NCBI GenBank assembly: GCA_000004985.1
Contig: GG738879.1
Source: Naegleria gruberi
Lineage: Eukaryota
Reading direction: 5' to 3' (one strand)
Length of the DNA stretch: 64,000 bases
Shown one piece after another: positions 20,184 to 33,352 of the stretch (its first letter is position 1; every line of letters starts with the position of its first letter). A program made the translations under genes and the position numbers. The notes below the pieces were generated by a model. The model was given only the letters and a program-made list of their open reading frames with translations, had not been told where the DNA came from and searched no databases.

Positions 20184-22701
20184 ATGAAATTACTTTCTAA
20201 TTTCAAAACCTCTCAACCACACAACAATGAAACAAATATCTTTCCCAATCTTTCCAAAACTCTGGTCAAGCTTACTTTCAAGCCTCTTCCCAATCCAAAT
20301 CTACACATTCCCACATATGTCAAAGCAATAGAATTCAATCATGATAGAACCCTCCTAGCAATTTCTAACTATTACGGGGTTATTAGCATATTCAAAGTTA
20401 TTGATGATAAAAAACGTGAATCCACCAAATTTGAATATTTTTGCTCCTTTGACCTTTACAAACCTGTTAGATGTTTAAAATTCATTGATCGATTGAAATA
20501 TATTGTTTGTGGATGTGATTCGAGTAATGTACATGTGATTGATTATGACAATAATGTAGAAATTACAAGATTGCCTTGTGATTTTGGAAAATGTCGATCT
20601 CTATTAGTTCATCCTAAATATCCATTCATAATGGCAGGAGGTGATAATGGGAAAATTATTATATGGAATTGGGAAAAGAATTTCGCTATTGAACATGTCC
20701 TGGCACCACCAAAATTTATTTTTGATTTATATAGATATGTTATGTCCATGTCTATGAATTATTTCAATTCAGATATTGTAGTTTCTGGTTATTTGAATGA
20801 TGCCATTATGGTGTGGAATATTCCTTTTAAGGAACTGAGTGAATACAGAAACAAAGATAACACTAGTTTTATCAAAACATCGAGTAAGTTGTTGGAAACA
20901 TTTTAATGTTAAATGAATAGACAAACCAAAACCAATTGGTAAAACTATCAGGACTAAATCAACAGTCAATTGTGTAGATTGTTACAGAGGATATGATTAC
21001 AATAGAAGAAATTGGTTTGTTGCTTCTTTTGATGATGGAACCACTCAAATATTCGACAGTAAAACATGTCAATGCATTGTGAAACTATCTCAAGTTCATG
21101 AACAACCTGTTACAACATGTATCTTTGAGGGTGATTTCTTATTTTCAGGATCAGAAGATGGCCAAGTATATATGTATAACTCTACAAATGGCTTTAAATG
21201 TATTAGAGATATATCATGTTCTGCTTCAGTATGGTGTATGCAAATTGACAAGTCAATTACAAATCATGATAAATTGAGAAATGAGTCTTTTACTAAACTT
21301 TCAATTGGAAGCACAGATAATGCCTTACATTATGCTTTTAAGAAGGAGTTTGAGGAGTATCCTGCATTGAAAATTAATCAAGATCCCAAGTTTCATGATG
21401 TGGAGATTGTAACTAGAGTATCTAATGTGTTGATAGTTGACTCATTCAAATACCACATGAAACTAGCTGAAACTGATGCAACAGCTCAATATCATGTTGG
21501 AATAATGTTGAAAAATGGACAAGATGTAGAAAAGGATGAAAGAGAAGGTTTTCAATGGTTATTGAAAGCTGCCAAGAATGATAACACCCTTGCACAATTT
21601 GAGGTTGGCATGTTTTACCTGAACACTGATAAGAATTACGAACGTGCACACAAATGGTTATTGAAATCTGCCAGTAATGGACATGATGAGGCACAATACC
21701 AAATGGCATGCATGTTTCATGAAGGAGTTTGGGTAAAGCAAGATTTTACACAAGCATTTGATTGGGCATATAAGGCAGCTCAACAACATCACAGTATGGC
21801 AATTCAATTTATCATTGATTGCTATAATGGTGGAATTGGAGTGAAGAGAAACTTATTGGAAGCTAAATTGTGGATGGAAAAATTAAATCAACCAAATCAA
21901 CAAGTCAAGAGATTTAAGAATGCTTTTGAAACTTTAGGAATTGAATATGATAGTGTGAAGGGAAAAGAATTAAATGAAAAAGCTACTGGAGAATTTGAAA
22001 CTATTGACAATTTATCCAACCTATTAACACTCGAAACCGAGTATGAGAAGATTACCAATTATACGATTGTATTCTATGCCTATTTCATTCAATTCAACAC
22101 CATTCAAAGTCCACCAAGAGATAAGTATTATCATATTTTGGTATCATTGTTCGAATTGGCCAACCACTTCAGTAATGATGAATGCAAAAGGAAAATATTA
22201 CAAGTTTCTAATCAAATCCTGAGATGTTTTTTCCTTTTCAAGATGCAAAGTATGGATTATGTTTCGATTGACATTTTGCACTCCTTTATTGTGTATGAAG
22301 ATTTGAAATCTCTTGAATTACCACTCTACCTCATCAAATATTTGATGAATGTTCAACATATTGAACTCTTTGCCAAATGGAAATTACAAAATAGTGGTTA
22401 TCAATTCGAAGGTCCATGGAATGATATGATAATTGGAAATGAATTATCCAATCACAGTTTCTATACTAATAAGTTGGAATCTTTTGAATATGTTCCACCC
22501 TTCTTGTCCATTCAACACAAGGATGGAGAAGTAACAATAATTAGGAACACCAAGAATTATAATTTGAGAATCTTTATTGAATTTATTGGATTGGAAAATG
22601 TTGGATATCACATTGTAATGAGAAAGCCAAAGGAAACTGTCAAATTGACTCCCTTAATTGAATATTTCGAAATAAGAGGAGTTCTTTTTTTTTACAAGTA
22701 A
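20184..22701 (+). CDS. WD40-repeat plus Sel1-like-repeat protein, about 826 aa. Two exons: join(20184..20883, 20921..22701).
   Basis: A 37-nt intron (GTAAGT..GAATAG) joins two ORFs in frame: …FIKTSS|NKPKPIGKT…VASFDDGTTQIFDSKTCQC…SGSEDGQVYMYN. N-terminal half has WD-like units. Middle has Sel1-like repeats (AQYHVGIMLKNGQDVEKDEREGFQWLLKAAKNDNTLAQFEVGMFYL…, HDEAQYQMACMFHEG…). The track ORF start at 20082 overlaps the tRNA; the first ATG is 20184. Confidence 0.7.
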
Positions 22702-23031
22702 TCCAAAACATTCAAACAAGAATCTTTGCTGACGAAATAATCAATTAGATTTGTAGTAAATGAGGAAGCTGACCAAGAAGATTTTGAGAAAATTCGTACA
22801 CCACATGGGCCTTCAATCCATACAGTCGCCATGTATAACACATATTGTTTGTGCAAAAACATGAACAAATTTGAAGAGGATGAATCGGAGCCCTCACAAA
22901 CCAAGAATGGCAAATTTACACCTACCGTAAAATTGTTTGTAAACAACCTCAGCCAACTTGGGGATTGTTGGTTTTGCGACTCCAACGAATTCCATCCACC
23001 CTTAATGTGAATTTAAAAAAACAACATCAAA

Positions 23032-24021
23032 ATGGATCATTCCCAAGTTAACGTAGAGCTTGCTCACCAACGAAACCAACAAGCATACGTGGTGGCTAAT
23101 TCACAAGCAAAGATTGCCAACCTCGATAACAATGAATTCTTAAACCAAGGTCTGATTAAGAATGAGTACTTTGCTGATGGCAACACAATTTTTATTCTCA
23201 TCATGAAAATTCTATTGAATATTTGCACTTTGGGTTTATTTTCACCAATTGTGGTCAATATGATAACTAGAAGATCGGTAAGGAGTATGGTTATTGGCAA
23301 TAGACGTCTCCAATATGATGATGGTGGTGATTTGACCATGGCCATGTGGTGTTACCTTGATAAGTTCCTTAATATAATAACATTGGGTTGGTGGTACTTG
23401 CTCGGATTCAGCCACAAGTATTACTTGTCCAAGTTTGATGAGAAAATTACCTGGGGTCCACCAGCAAAGACCATCAAAACCAATTACTTTAATGATTCCA
23501 TTGTTTGGGAACCTGTTGATGATGGAAGAGGTAGTTTTAAAATCTTCTCTGCTTACTTGGGTGTTTGGAATGAATTTGCTGGTTTCATGCTTGGTGTTCT
23601 CAACTTTTTCTTCTTGGGAACTCTATCTCCTATCAGTGTAAAGTTTTACTTTTCCAAGTTATTGAGTAAGGTTCGCTTGGGTGTTGGTAAATTTGCAGTC
23701 ATTCATCCACACATGATTGAAAGCATTGATAATCATAATAGGGATGAATTTAGCCCAATTCAAGTTCCGAGAGATCAGATATATAATACACCATACCCAG
23801 TCTCTTATTTCCCACAAATGGAAGGCCATGGCATGTATGAGTTAAAGTTGAGATTTGTAGCTGATGTTTGTGATATGTATGGATTTTATTGTGGCTACAA
23901 TTGTTTAATGTACATTACTTGTGGTTGTTTCAAATTGTGTTCATCTGAATATTTGAGAAGATTTTTGAATAAGAAGGTTGGTGTTCATGTTGAGCCAATA
24001 AGTATTACAGTTCAACCTTAA
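23032..24021 (+). CDS. Hypothetical membrane protein of 329 aa.
   Basis: Intact ORF with ATG at 23032 and at least two hydrophobic helices (FILIMKILLNICTLGLFSPIVV; FAGFMLGVLNFFFLGTL). Family not recognised. Confidence 0.45.
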   Translation: MDHSQVNVELAHQRNQQAYVVANSQAKIANLDNNEFLNQGLIKNEYFADGNTIFILIMKILLNICTLGLFSPIVVNMITRRSVRSMVIGNRRLQYDDGGDLTMAMWCYLDKFLNIITLGWWYLLGFSHKYYLSKFDEKITWGPPAKTIKTNYFNDSIVWEPVDDGRGSFKIFSAYLGVWNEFAGFMLGVLNFFFLGTLSPISVKFYFSKLLSKVRLGVGKFAVIHPHMIESIDNHNRDEFSPIQVPRDQIYNTPYPVSYFPQMEGHGMYELKLRFVADVCDMYGFYCGYNCLMYITCGCFKLCSSEYLRRFLNKKVGVHVEPISITVQP

Positions 24022-24142
24022 TAACTTGATATTAACAAACAATAAAAGCACCATCAGGTCCACTTCCGATTTAAATTATAATTATTAATATATATATTCA
24101 TTTTCCATAAAAAAAAAGAATTGAAGTAAGAAAAAACAAAGC

Positions 24143-25996
24143 TTAAGGCTGTTTATATATCTTAGAAAAAACTCCCTTCATATCAACTTTGGCCTTATTC
24201 AACATGAATGGTTTTTTCACAAGAGGTAAGGTGAAAACTGCCGAGTCATCAATGAATAAAGTATTCAGGGCAATTTGTTGTGGTCCTGTTTGATTCAAAT
24301 TTAATCCATTGTTTGGATTGATGCTGAATCTTGGAGAGTTGCTACTAGTGATGGTAATTCTCATTGCATGTCCTGTAATTCAGTATTGAAAATTATAATG
24401 TCGAATATATAGAATTGATAACAAACCTGGATTGAAAATGTAAGCAGTTGGCCACATGGAAATAGTAATTGGATAGATTGTTCCTGGCTCCATCAATGTC
24501 TTTTTCACATTGCTCTCTCTCCAACGCATTCTCAAAATGGAATCTCCCAACAACATGGATCTACCATCTGGATATCTTTACATAACAATTAAAATTTCCA
24601 CAAGAATATTAAAACTTACACATCTGAAAATCTAACAACAAAATCAGTATCAGTACAATTGCTTGAAACCTTAAAAGATACAGACATTCTTCCAACAATA
24701 AACATTTGATCCTTAAATGTATCAGATGTAAATAAGATGTTATCTGATCTTTTCTCATTTTCTCTTTGATCGTATGGTCCACAAGTTGGAATCATTAAAT
24801 TATTACCTCCAATCGTTGGAGTTGGATTACTTGGATTGTAAACGTATGGAATTTTACCTGGATTAGTTTGAACTCTTGGTTTTCCAAAGTAGGTCATGGA
24901 ATCTTGATTGGAAGCAGCTTGCAATTTTTGATTAGATGTCAACACAAATTCAATTGGACGAGTTTCTGGGAAATCCTTCATTGTAACATAGAAATTACCC
25001 ATTGTACCAGACTCTACAGAATCAGGACCCATCATATAGAAAGTGACATAATCAAGAGATGGAAGAGATCCATACTTGAACAAGTATGGACAAAATATTT
25101 CAGGATGCAACATTAAATCAGTACCTACACAGTAAATTAATTTCCAAAATCAATTGTTACTTACCTGGGAAGGAAATTTGAGATTTTGTACAATGTCCAG
25201 TTGGTAACACAATGAGATAGGTGTCATTAGGTCTATTCTTTCTATACATATCAAATGCGTTTAAGGTTCCATTAAGGAACAAATCAGCCCATCCAGAAAT
25301 ATGCAAAGAAGGGAAAGTGACATTTTCACCACTCTTCAATGTGACAGGTTCCCAAAATTCACTATAACTTTCATGATCTAAAACTTTTTGAACAAATTGT
25401 GGTTGATAGGCATAAAACTTTAACCAATAGGTCAAATCCTGTTGCCTGAAAGCTCCTCCTTGGAAAACAAAGTTATAAACATCAGCCGTACCAACAAGTA
25501 AACATTGACCTTTCAACCAATCAACTTTTTCTCTTGTTTGGAAATAGGAAGCAATTGCATTTGCTGAGGCACCAACAGAAAACACATTACCAGAAAATCC
25601 TTTTAGATTTTTGGAAAGATATTGAATGGTAGATTGTGAATCTTGCCATTCAGATCTCCACATATCATATTCACCAGTACTATTGTGACAACCTCTCAAA
25701 TCTTGTCCAGCATACAAATACTGAGCTGAATTTAGAACCATTCTATCATCACTCAATCTTCCTTGACCATACGGTGTTCTCTCAAAGACAAGATCATGTG
25801 GCTTATCTGCATTCAAATCAGGATCAGGATACGACACGATAGTATTCAACTTGGCAGTTCCATCACTCGTCGGAATCATAAATTGCAACATGTTTTGCGA
25901 TTTTGAATCACATCTTGCCACCACTCCAATCAACAAGACAATAATTACCAATATTTCCATTAACAATAATTTGTTCATCCGTGTTGTTGGTGTCAT
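24143..25996 (-). CDS. CocE/NonD-family (peptidase S15 / X-Pro dipeptidyl-peptidase-like) alpha/beta hydrolase, secreted, 571 aa. Four exons: complement(join(24143..24372, 24427..24575, 24620..25124, 25165..25996)).
   Basis: Signal peptide MTPTTRMNKLLLMEILVIIVLLIGVVA. The RTPYG motif (FERTPYGQG) is present. C-terminal beta-sandwich region has …RFSDV|YPDGRSMLLGDSILRMRWRES…IFNPG|HAMRITITSSNSPRFSINPNNG. Introns are 40, 44 and 54 nt (GTAAGT / GTTTGT donors). Phases are consistent and the three minus-strand ORFs join in frame. Confidence 0.7.
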
Positions 25997-26175
25997 TTTT
26001 CGCAACAAGAGGGAGGACTCTATTTTTTTTGAAATTGAAATTGATAACAAACCTTTTGGCTGTTGTGTGTTTTGTTATCTAATCATGATTTTGGTGAAGG
26101 TTCAATAATTTCTAGGTCAATGTAATTTCACAAGATGTGCCTTTGGAAATGGCCAAATTCATGATATAAAATGTC

Positions 26176-28185
26176 TCATCGCTCAAAACATTTTTCATTA
26201 ATATCACTCTTGAAATTCAAGCTAAAACGTTTTTTCTCAAAAAAGTAATGAATAGTATCCAGTCGTGAAGGACAATTATTGGTTGGTGAGAGAGTTACGG
26301 CCATTGGTTCTAGAAATTGAGTTGGAATTTGCATTTCAACCCAAGATTCCAAGTTCTGTATTCCTCCAGTGCAATAGTGCTCTGGTGCATGTTTGAAAAA
26401 TTGTCCACCACTGAGCATCATTTTGGAATTGGGAATGAGGAGTTTTTCATTGATTACTTGTTGCTGCTTGATTGGATCATTTATGTGTGACAGGGCGGTT
26501 GCTATATAATCATTGAGGAATGGTTTTGAAATTGAAAATAGTGCTCCAAAAGGAAGTCCAATAATCTTATTTTCAACTTGTGATAAAATCAATTCCAAAG
26601 CAGATGACATTCCTCCAATAAAGTACGAATCCGAATTGTCGAATGTCTCTAAATATTCAATAAAAGAATCAGAATGGATTCTGGTACTTTCTGTAACACC
26701 AACTGTCCATAATCCTTTTGAGTTTTTCAAGCATGTTGCGTACATGGATATTTGAGACATTCCAATATCTGAATCGCAAACATAAACTTGAGTAAATCCC
26801 TCATTTCTCCAAAATTGTAAAGCGAGATTAACATTTCGTTTCATATCATAATCATTGGAAATGAGTTTCGATCTTGAATCAATGAGTGAGCTAGGTATAA
26901 TAATGATGGAAATATCATTCCGTTGTAGTGTTGAAACTGAATGTCGTTTGAACATGTATTGATTTCCCCAACTTGTGTAAATAATATCCACCAAATTTTT
27001 CATGTAATTAGACACCCTATCGTGATCCATTTGCTGTGATTCCTTCTTTGCCCAATCAATGAAAGGCTTCTTTCCTAATTGTTTCACTCTATTGATAATC
27101 TCCTCAATTGTCAAATCATGCTTTGGTTTAAAATTCAAATAGGCATTTACCTGAGTATTCTCCACTTCAGATTTCCTAAAACACATGTTGACTTGTGTGA
27201 AAAATTGATCTGGTAAACTGTCCCTCATAATTTTAACATTCTGTCCTTGAATATAATGCAAGTTAGATCCATTTCTAAATCTGGTAAACCAACTCAGATT
27301 AGGAACATCATTAAAACTTGCAGGATCACAATAAAACATAAAATTACAGCAATGCATTGAATTTTCATTTCTCAAAATTTTGCATTTCTCCTCTCTTGAT
27401 TTTGTAATGACATGATTGATACATTTATAAATTGTCAAATCATAATAAGCTAATCCAAACGTATCCAAACAATTATCAAAATTAAATTTCAATAATTCAA
27501 TTGCCTTTTCATTGAAAATTATTCCAGGACCACCACTCAATTGAGAGCATGATGGAATTCTTCCAATAATGAGTGGTTCTTCCATTGATATTTCACCACT
27601 CTTTAATTTAAATTCATACTTGGCAATGACTTTCAAATAATTAGTGGGAATCATTAAATGGTCATCATCAGAAAGGAAGAACCATCTCACTTTCGAATCG
27701 TTTCGTATCCTCTTCAACTCAAGCATAATAAACAGAGATTCTATAAATCTATATTGAGCTCCTCCATATCCAGGAGGTAAATTCTGTAATGATGAACTTT
27801 TGATAGTCAACCTTGAATAATAATTCATTAAATTCTGATCATTGAGTGGAAGATCAGTGAAAAGAAAGGTATTTTCTTTCAGAAGGAACGGTTTCGTCAT
27901 TCTGGAGTGAACCATTTCATATATTCCTTTCATTTGTTTTCCATAAAGTGAATCATTATGAGTTAATTGTCCAAAGTATATTAAATCTTCCGAAATGCAA
28001 ATACTTTCGTCAAGAATATTTTCATTTTCCAATAATTCAATATTCGTTTCCTTTAATCTTTCTAATAATTTAGCTTTTTGTATTATTGTTGGATCATTTA
28101 CAAGATTTCTTCTCCTTGTTATCATCCTATTCCGTATAAAGAGAAATGAAACAAATAAAAAACACGCTGCCACCAATCCAATCAT
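26176..28185 (-). CDS. Type II membrane glycosyltransferase with a Fringe-like / beta-1,3-glycosyltransferase (DxD) domain, 669 aa.
   Basis: N-terminal signal anchor MIGLVAACFLFVSFLFI. Fringe-like block …WFFLSDDDHLMIPTNYL… with a DDD motif. A long C-terminal domain is unassigned. Single exon with ATG at 28183..28185. Confidence 0.6.
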   Translation of the reverse strand: MIGLVAACFLFVSFLFIRNRMITRRRNLVNDPTIIQKAKLLERLKETNIELLENENILDESICISEDLIYFGQLTHNDSLYGKQMKGIYEMVHSRMTKPFLLKENTFLFTDLPLNDQNLMNYYSRLTIKSSSLQNLPPGYGGAQYRFIESLFIMLELKRIRNDSKVRWFFLSDDDHLMIPTNYLKVIAKYEFKLKSGEISMEEPLIIGRIPSCSQLSGGPGIIFNEKAIELLKFNFDNCLDTFGLAYYDLTIYKCINHVITKSREEKCKILRNENSMHCCNFMFYCDPASFNDVPNLSWFTRFRNGSNLHYIQGQNVKIMRDSLPDQFFTQVNMCFRKSEVENTQVNAYLNFKPKHDLTIEEIINRVKQLGKKPFIDWAKKESQQMDHDRVSNYMKNLVDIIYTSWGNQYMFKRHSVSTLQRNDISIIIIPSSLIDSRSKLISNDYDMKRNVNLALQFWRNEGFTQVYVCDSDIGMSQISMYATCLKNSKGLWTVGVTESTRIHSDSFIEYLETFDNSDSYFIGGMSSALELILSQVENKIIGLPFGALFSISKPFLNDYIATALSHINDPIKQQQVINEKLLIPNSKMMLSGGQFFKHAPEHYCTGGIQNLESWVEMQIPTQFLEPMAVTLSPTNNCPSRLDTIHYFFEKKRFSLNFKSDINEKCFER

Positions 28186-28325
28186 ACAACATTAGAATAA
28201 CATTTCTTCTTGCCATTTTTTACTATCAAAATGCAAATATTATCTTAAATGTATTAACAAGATCAAACTGTTTGTGTTATTAAATTGCTGAAATATTCAA
28301 CTTCTTATTAGAAATGTTGTTTATT

Positions 28326-29325
28326 TTAACCAGTGATTGTAAAGTTTGCAACTCCTGAAGCCAACAATCTGGTATGTGGTCTCTTAATCCATGATCCACA
28401 TTCTCCTTCACATACATTAACCTTAGCATGATATGCACCTGGGAACCAATCCTCTATTATTATTATTAGTTTAATATTGGAAACAGTTGTGTGTGAAAAA
28501 TTAAATCAATCATTAAGAAATATTAATAACAAAAGCAACTTACGTCCATCATCTCCACTTGTATCAATTTGGAATTTAATTCCATAAACACCTGGTTTAA
28601 AACCACTGGCTTGATAATAACGATAAACTACTTGATTCTTTGCAATTGATGTTCCAGTAACTTCCAAAGTAACTTCACCTGGTCCACTTTCATTCAAAAC
28701 ATTCAATCTGGAATAGAATGAATATTTGCCACCTGCTGGGCCACTTGATGGGACAACACCAACTGTATCAACAAGTGCACAAACTTTGGCAGTACAGTCA
28801 TGGATTGGACAAATCTTGGCCAATTGACAACCATAAATTGGATCTAAATCAGCCTTCTTGATGACATCAATGAATGCATTGACACCAATTGCTGTACAAA
28901 TGACATCACATCCTTCGACTGCGTATGGTCCCAACGGAGAGACATAATTACACAAGGATAAACATGAATAGACAGTTCCACTATTCACACACAAACAGCA
29001 AGCATGGAAATAAGTTTTTGAATTATGTGAAATATTGCACACAAAATATTGTGATATTATTTCAATGAATATAAAACAAGGATCAAAATCATGTGATGAT
29101 CAGTTAGAATGTAATGTGAAATACTTACGCATCAAGAGCAGCCATCAAATCAGCCAAACCAAAATCCAACAAATCAACACAGGTTGGACACAGAGCATCA
29201 TTGATTGGACTCTTGGTATCGTCGCTAATCTTCTTGATGGTAATTGTTGGTTTGATAGCAAAGCCTTCGATACAAACTACTGCACACAAGGCAGCGATAA
29301 AAGCAATTAAAACGATTGATCTCAT
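28326..29325 (-). CDS. Secreted Cys-rich saposin-like (SAPLIP-type) protein, about 253 aa. Three exons: complement(join(28326..28453, 28544..28980, 29129..29325)).
   Basis: Signal peptide MRSIVLIAFIAALCAVVC. Cys pattern CPTC…C…C…C…C over the first ~100 aa, as in saposin-like domains. Introns are 148 and 88 nt (GTAAGT donors) and phases close. The saposin assignment is tentative. Confidence 0.45.
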
Positions 29326-29476
29326 TTTTTTAATGTAGCGAAATTGTGAAAGATGGCACTTAAGGGTTTCTATTTGGAGAAATCGCCAAATTCCAGAGAC
29401 AATCGGCAAGCATTTTAAAACAGCCAATCATTACACATGTTAAAAGATTACAACTGTTAATTACAATGATGATTTT

Positions 29477-32400
29477 TTATAATTTTCTAATACCGAATGG
29501 ATCTGGGTCTGGATTGACCAAACTTCCACATGATGAAACGCCACCAAAGTATTTGCATTGTGAAACTGTCATTGATCTTGCAGTTGTTTCACTAGTTGCT
29601 GGAACTCCAACAAATCTCATATTATCCAAAAGGAATTCGACAAAGTTGGTTTGGTCTGCTAAATAGAATACTATTCTTTGAACATTTTGGATAGGAGCAA
29701 AACCAAGTTCAGTGAGTGGAATTCTTATACGTGTAACGGAAGTACCATCAATTCTGAGATATTGAGTGTGATTGGATTGGGTGGTGATTTTGGCAAAGTC
29801 AACCACTTTGGTATCATTCAAATATCCAAATATGAGGGTCAAACCTGAGACTGGACCTGTATTATTGACAGTCTTGATAAAGAATTCAAAGTATTTGAAG
29901 ATACTGGTATCAACATTGATTCTATTGGAACCAATCTTATTGAATGAAATATTACCCTTTCTAAAACCAAAATGTATTGAAGAATTTCCACAAATTGCTG
30001 GAGAGTAAGTCACATTCAAAAAACTATTTCTAACATCTGATGGAATATAGGTGTACATGTACCATTCATTGGTTAATTTCCTTCCTTCATCGTAAATTGA
30101 AATTACATGGGATGAGTTCTTCAGGTTCAAGCTATCACATGGCTTGACTGTGGACACTAATGGTGGTAAATTACAAATAACGGATGTAGCATTATTAATA
30201 TATAATTGAGCTCTCAAATGTCCATTTGGATTTTGTGTGGTTGACAACTTGACAAACATTTTGCCTTGAAGTAAATAGTTCCATTCATTGTAAGATAAAG
30301 TATATCCAAATCTACTTTGGGAGTATGGAACAATATTAGAGTCAGCAATGTACTCCTCCTTTCCAGGAAGTCCAAATCCAATATCAATAGATGTTACAAT
30401 ACTATTTAAATTATGTTGAAGTGTAAAATCGAGAGAATTTGTCCTATTATTGAAAAAAGCAAACACATATCCACCTCCACTAGCAGAGTTGGCTGCCAAA
30501 GGTTTTACACTAGCTTGTTGACTTGCTTCTAATCGCCCAACATATCGATCCTCTCTCATTAGAGCCTTGTAGGTACTTACTGGATTAATTGGATTACTGA
30601 ACTTTGATGGAGCACAGTTATTATTTGGACATGTAGCATTCACATAAAAGACACCACCTGAATAGTAATCAACAAAGGTATCAACCACTCTATATGATGT
30701 TCTTGCAGCATTATTTTTGACTTTCAAATACAAGTGCTCAGTGCTATCATCGTAGTAATAAAAAGTATTTTGTTCCTGCAACATGGTTGAGAAACTAGTG
30801 GTTCTAGTCATATTAATTGAGTTACCATATCTGATATTGAAAATCGTTCCCTTTGGGTATTGAATAGCAATTACAATCCAATCGTTTGTGGCACCAGAGT
30901 CAAGGAAAAAGCTCAAATCTTTTGGTGTTGGAATATCATTAGGCCAACGAATACCGTAAAATCCTCTGGCTATCATATTACTAAGCATGTAATATAAACC
31001 ATTTGCAATAGCGCCAATAACATTCGATTGACGATTTCTCAATAAATCAACAACGATCATTCTCGTAACTGCCTTGCCTGTGTTAATAATATCAGGTCTA
31101 CTAATACCATCACTTCCAGTTGTGTTCATGCCAGTAAAGTTATAATTCAAAACACGGAATTGAGAAAATGATTCACCAAAGAATGGGCATTGGTAAGCAT
31201 TCCAGTCATTTCTTGCTTGACATTGAGGGAATAACATGATTGATTCGTTACCAGTGATCCATCCTCCAATAGATGAAATATTTGTAATGGATCCATCGAC
31301 ATCCATCAATGCAATGGCTTTCTGATTATCATAAGTGGTTGGATAGTTCCATGGGAAAACCATATATCTATTGGCATTGACAAATTTCAAATCAGAATAT
31401 CTATTCTTTGTTTGAAGCTTAAAGTTGTTATTCAATGATGAGAGTGCACCAGCGTATTTGTAAGAATCGGTTAAAAAGTTAATAAATGTAATATTTCTTA
31501 AATATTGTGGACCGCCATTATCATATGTTTCATATCCCTTAATTAAATCCAAATTAGAAGAAATATATTGACCTGGTCTAGTTCTGTTACCATTATCAAT
31601 CTTAGGTCTAAAGGAATATTCACCAACATTTTCAGATTCACCAATAAAGATACTATCTTGAATAATATTCGGACCAGGTGGAGAATTCATTGCGACTCTA
31701 TTATCAGCCAAGTATAAATTTTTGAAACGTAACAATCCACCTCTACACCACAATCCATAACCTCTATTCTTGTAAGCAATGAATCCAACATAAAGTGCCT
31801 CAGTTACTCCAGAAGGAGGGTAATATCCTGCCTGTTCAGTCGAACCATTGGCCTTTTCCATATCGTCTATATGGAGAGCATTTCCTGATGAACTGTGGCC
31901 AACATTGTTTTCGAATGGTTTTGGAGGAGCAGTTCTTGGATTAACAGAACCAGCTGCATATCTGTTTGCACTCAATCCAGTCGGGAATGTTGGCATTGTA
32001 AACCAAAATGGGAAACGACCACCAACAGCATGATTACCAACGAATGTATTGTTTGGATTCGTAATCCAAAATACTGAAACATCAGAATCAGATAAAATGA
32101 TTTGACGAGGATTTTCTCTTGAGATTGGAATGGGGTCAACGCCCAAATTATTGTTAAATTCGTTTCCTACTTCAGAACCATCCTCTAAAAAGTACATATG
32201 ACCAAAAGCACGATAACAAACATTATTCTTCAGAAGAATATAATTAGTATCGTGAACAACAAAACATCTTTGGTAACTGTGATGAACTGTGTTATGTGAA
32301 ATTCAATCCAAATGGTTTGTTTTGTAACAAGTGGAAATGGAAACTATTGAAATTAATGAATATTAAATAACAACAGTTAGATAAATTATTAAAAACCAAA

Positions 32401-33352
32401 CATACCTATATCTTCCCATTAAACCTTGTTGACCAAATCTTGTAATTTCAACTCCTTCCATTTGGAACTTTTCAACCAAACGAATAATAAAGTGACCACC
32501 AAATAATGAACTCTCAGACGAATCATCCCCTCTAAAGACAATTCTTCTTGTTAATAAACCAACCTCTGCACGGATCTTTCCATTTGCACTTGCAAAGTGA
32601 GTAAAGTTCAATGCTCTATCAAGAACAACAGTCTTATTACCATTCAATAATTGAATAATCTTTCGTTCTTCATTTTGATTTGGGAATGGTTCTCCTCTAA
32701 TCCATCCCAAGGAAGCATTCTTTTCAACTCTATAATCATACACCTCACCATAGTCAGTAGAACTAACAACAATAGAATCACCAACATTCCAAGTAACGGC
32801 ATCTCTCAACTCAAGTTGATTAATTCCCTTGGATGCATTCTTAACAATTTCTGTCCAACTTGGACCATAAACTTTACCATACATTTGAACAATTGAACCA
32901 CTTAAGAATGCAATACCCTTAGAACCCAAACTTGCTCCATCATATGGATCTGAACCAATGTCATTAACTGAACTGCTCACACGATCGCCATAGAATGTAA
33001 CAACAACCTTTGAAGTGATTGGACAACTTGAACTTCCCATAATAAAACTACCATTTGATTCAACTCTAATAAAATTCAAATCCAAGCTCAAATTTACATT
33101 ATCAAATATTAAAGAACCACCTGATTTGACCGTAATCGAACGTAATCTATTGGGAGGAGAGACATTCATCTTGACAGCGTTTGAGATAACAATATCAGAA
33201 TTTGCTACATTCCATCCAGTCAAAGTATTAAAATTGACTAGACCAGCTTGTTGATATGGGCATTGTCCAAAAACCAACACACTTTCAATCATAAGTAAAC
33301 ACAATAAAGTGCTCACAAGTAAGATTGTAATACAATGTTTGTTGCAATACAT
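29477..33352 (-). CDS. CEMIP/TMEM2-like secreted protein (G8 domain, GG-type region, right-handed beta-helix), about 1250 aa. Exon 1 at 32406..33352, a 62-nt intron at 32344..32405, exon 2 at 29477..32343. Exon 2 contains an apparent +1 frameshift near 32299..32301.
   Basis: Signal peptide MYCNKHCITILLVSTLLCLLM. N-terminal G8-like region ends …GQQGLMGRY|(intron)|SFHFHLL… (GRYPxHFH motif). After a 1-nt frame change at a T-run, TVHHSYQRCFVVHDTNYILLKNNVCYRAFGHMYFLEDGSE aligns to human TMEM2/CEMIP SIHHTFSRCVTVHGSNGLLIKDVVGYNSLGHCFFTEDGPE. A further ~880 aa are continuous in one frame. Confidence 0.7.

Noticed and set aside
22692-22985. 97-aa minus-strand ORF overlapping the 3' end of the WD40-Sel1 gene.
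   Set aside because: No motif, overlaps the stop region of a confident gene, composition not coding-like. Treated as spurious.
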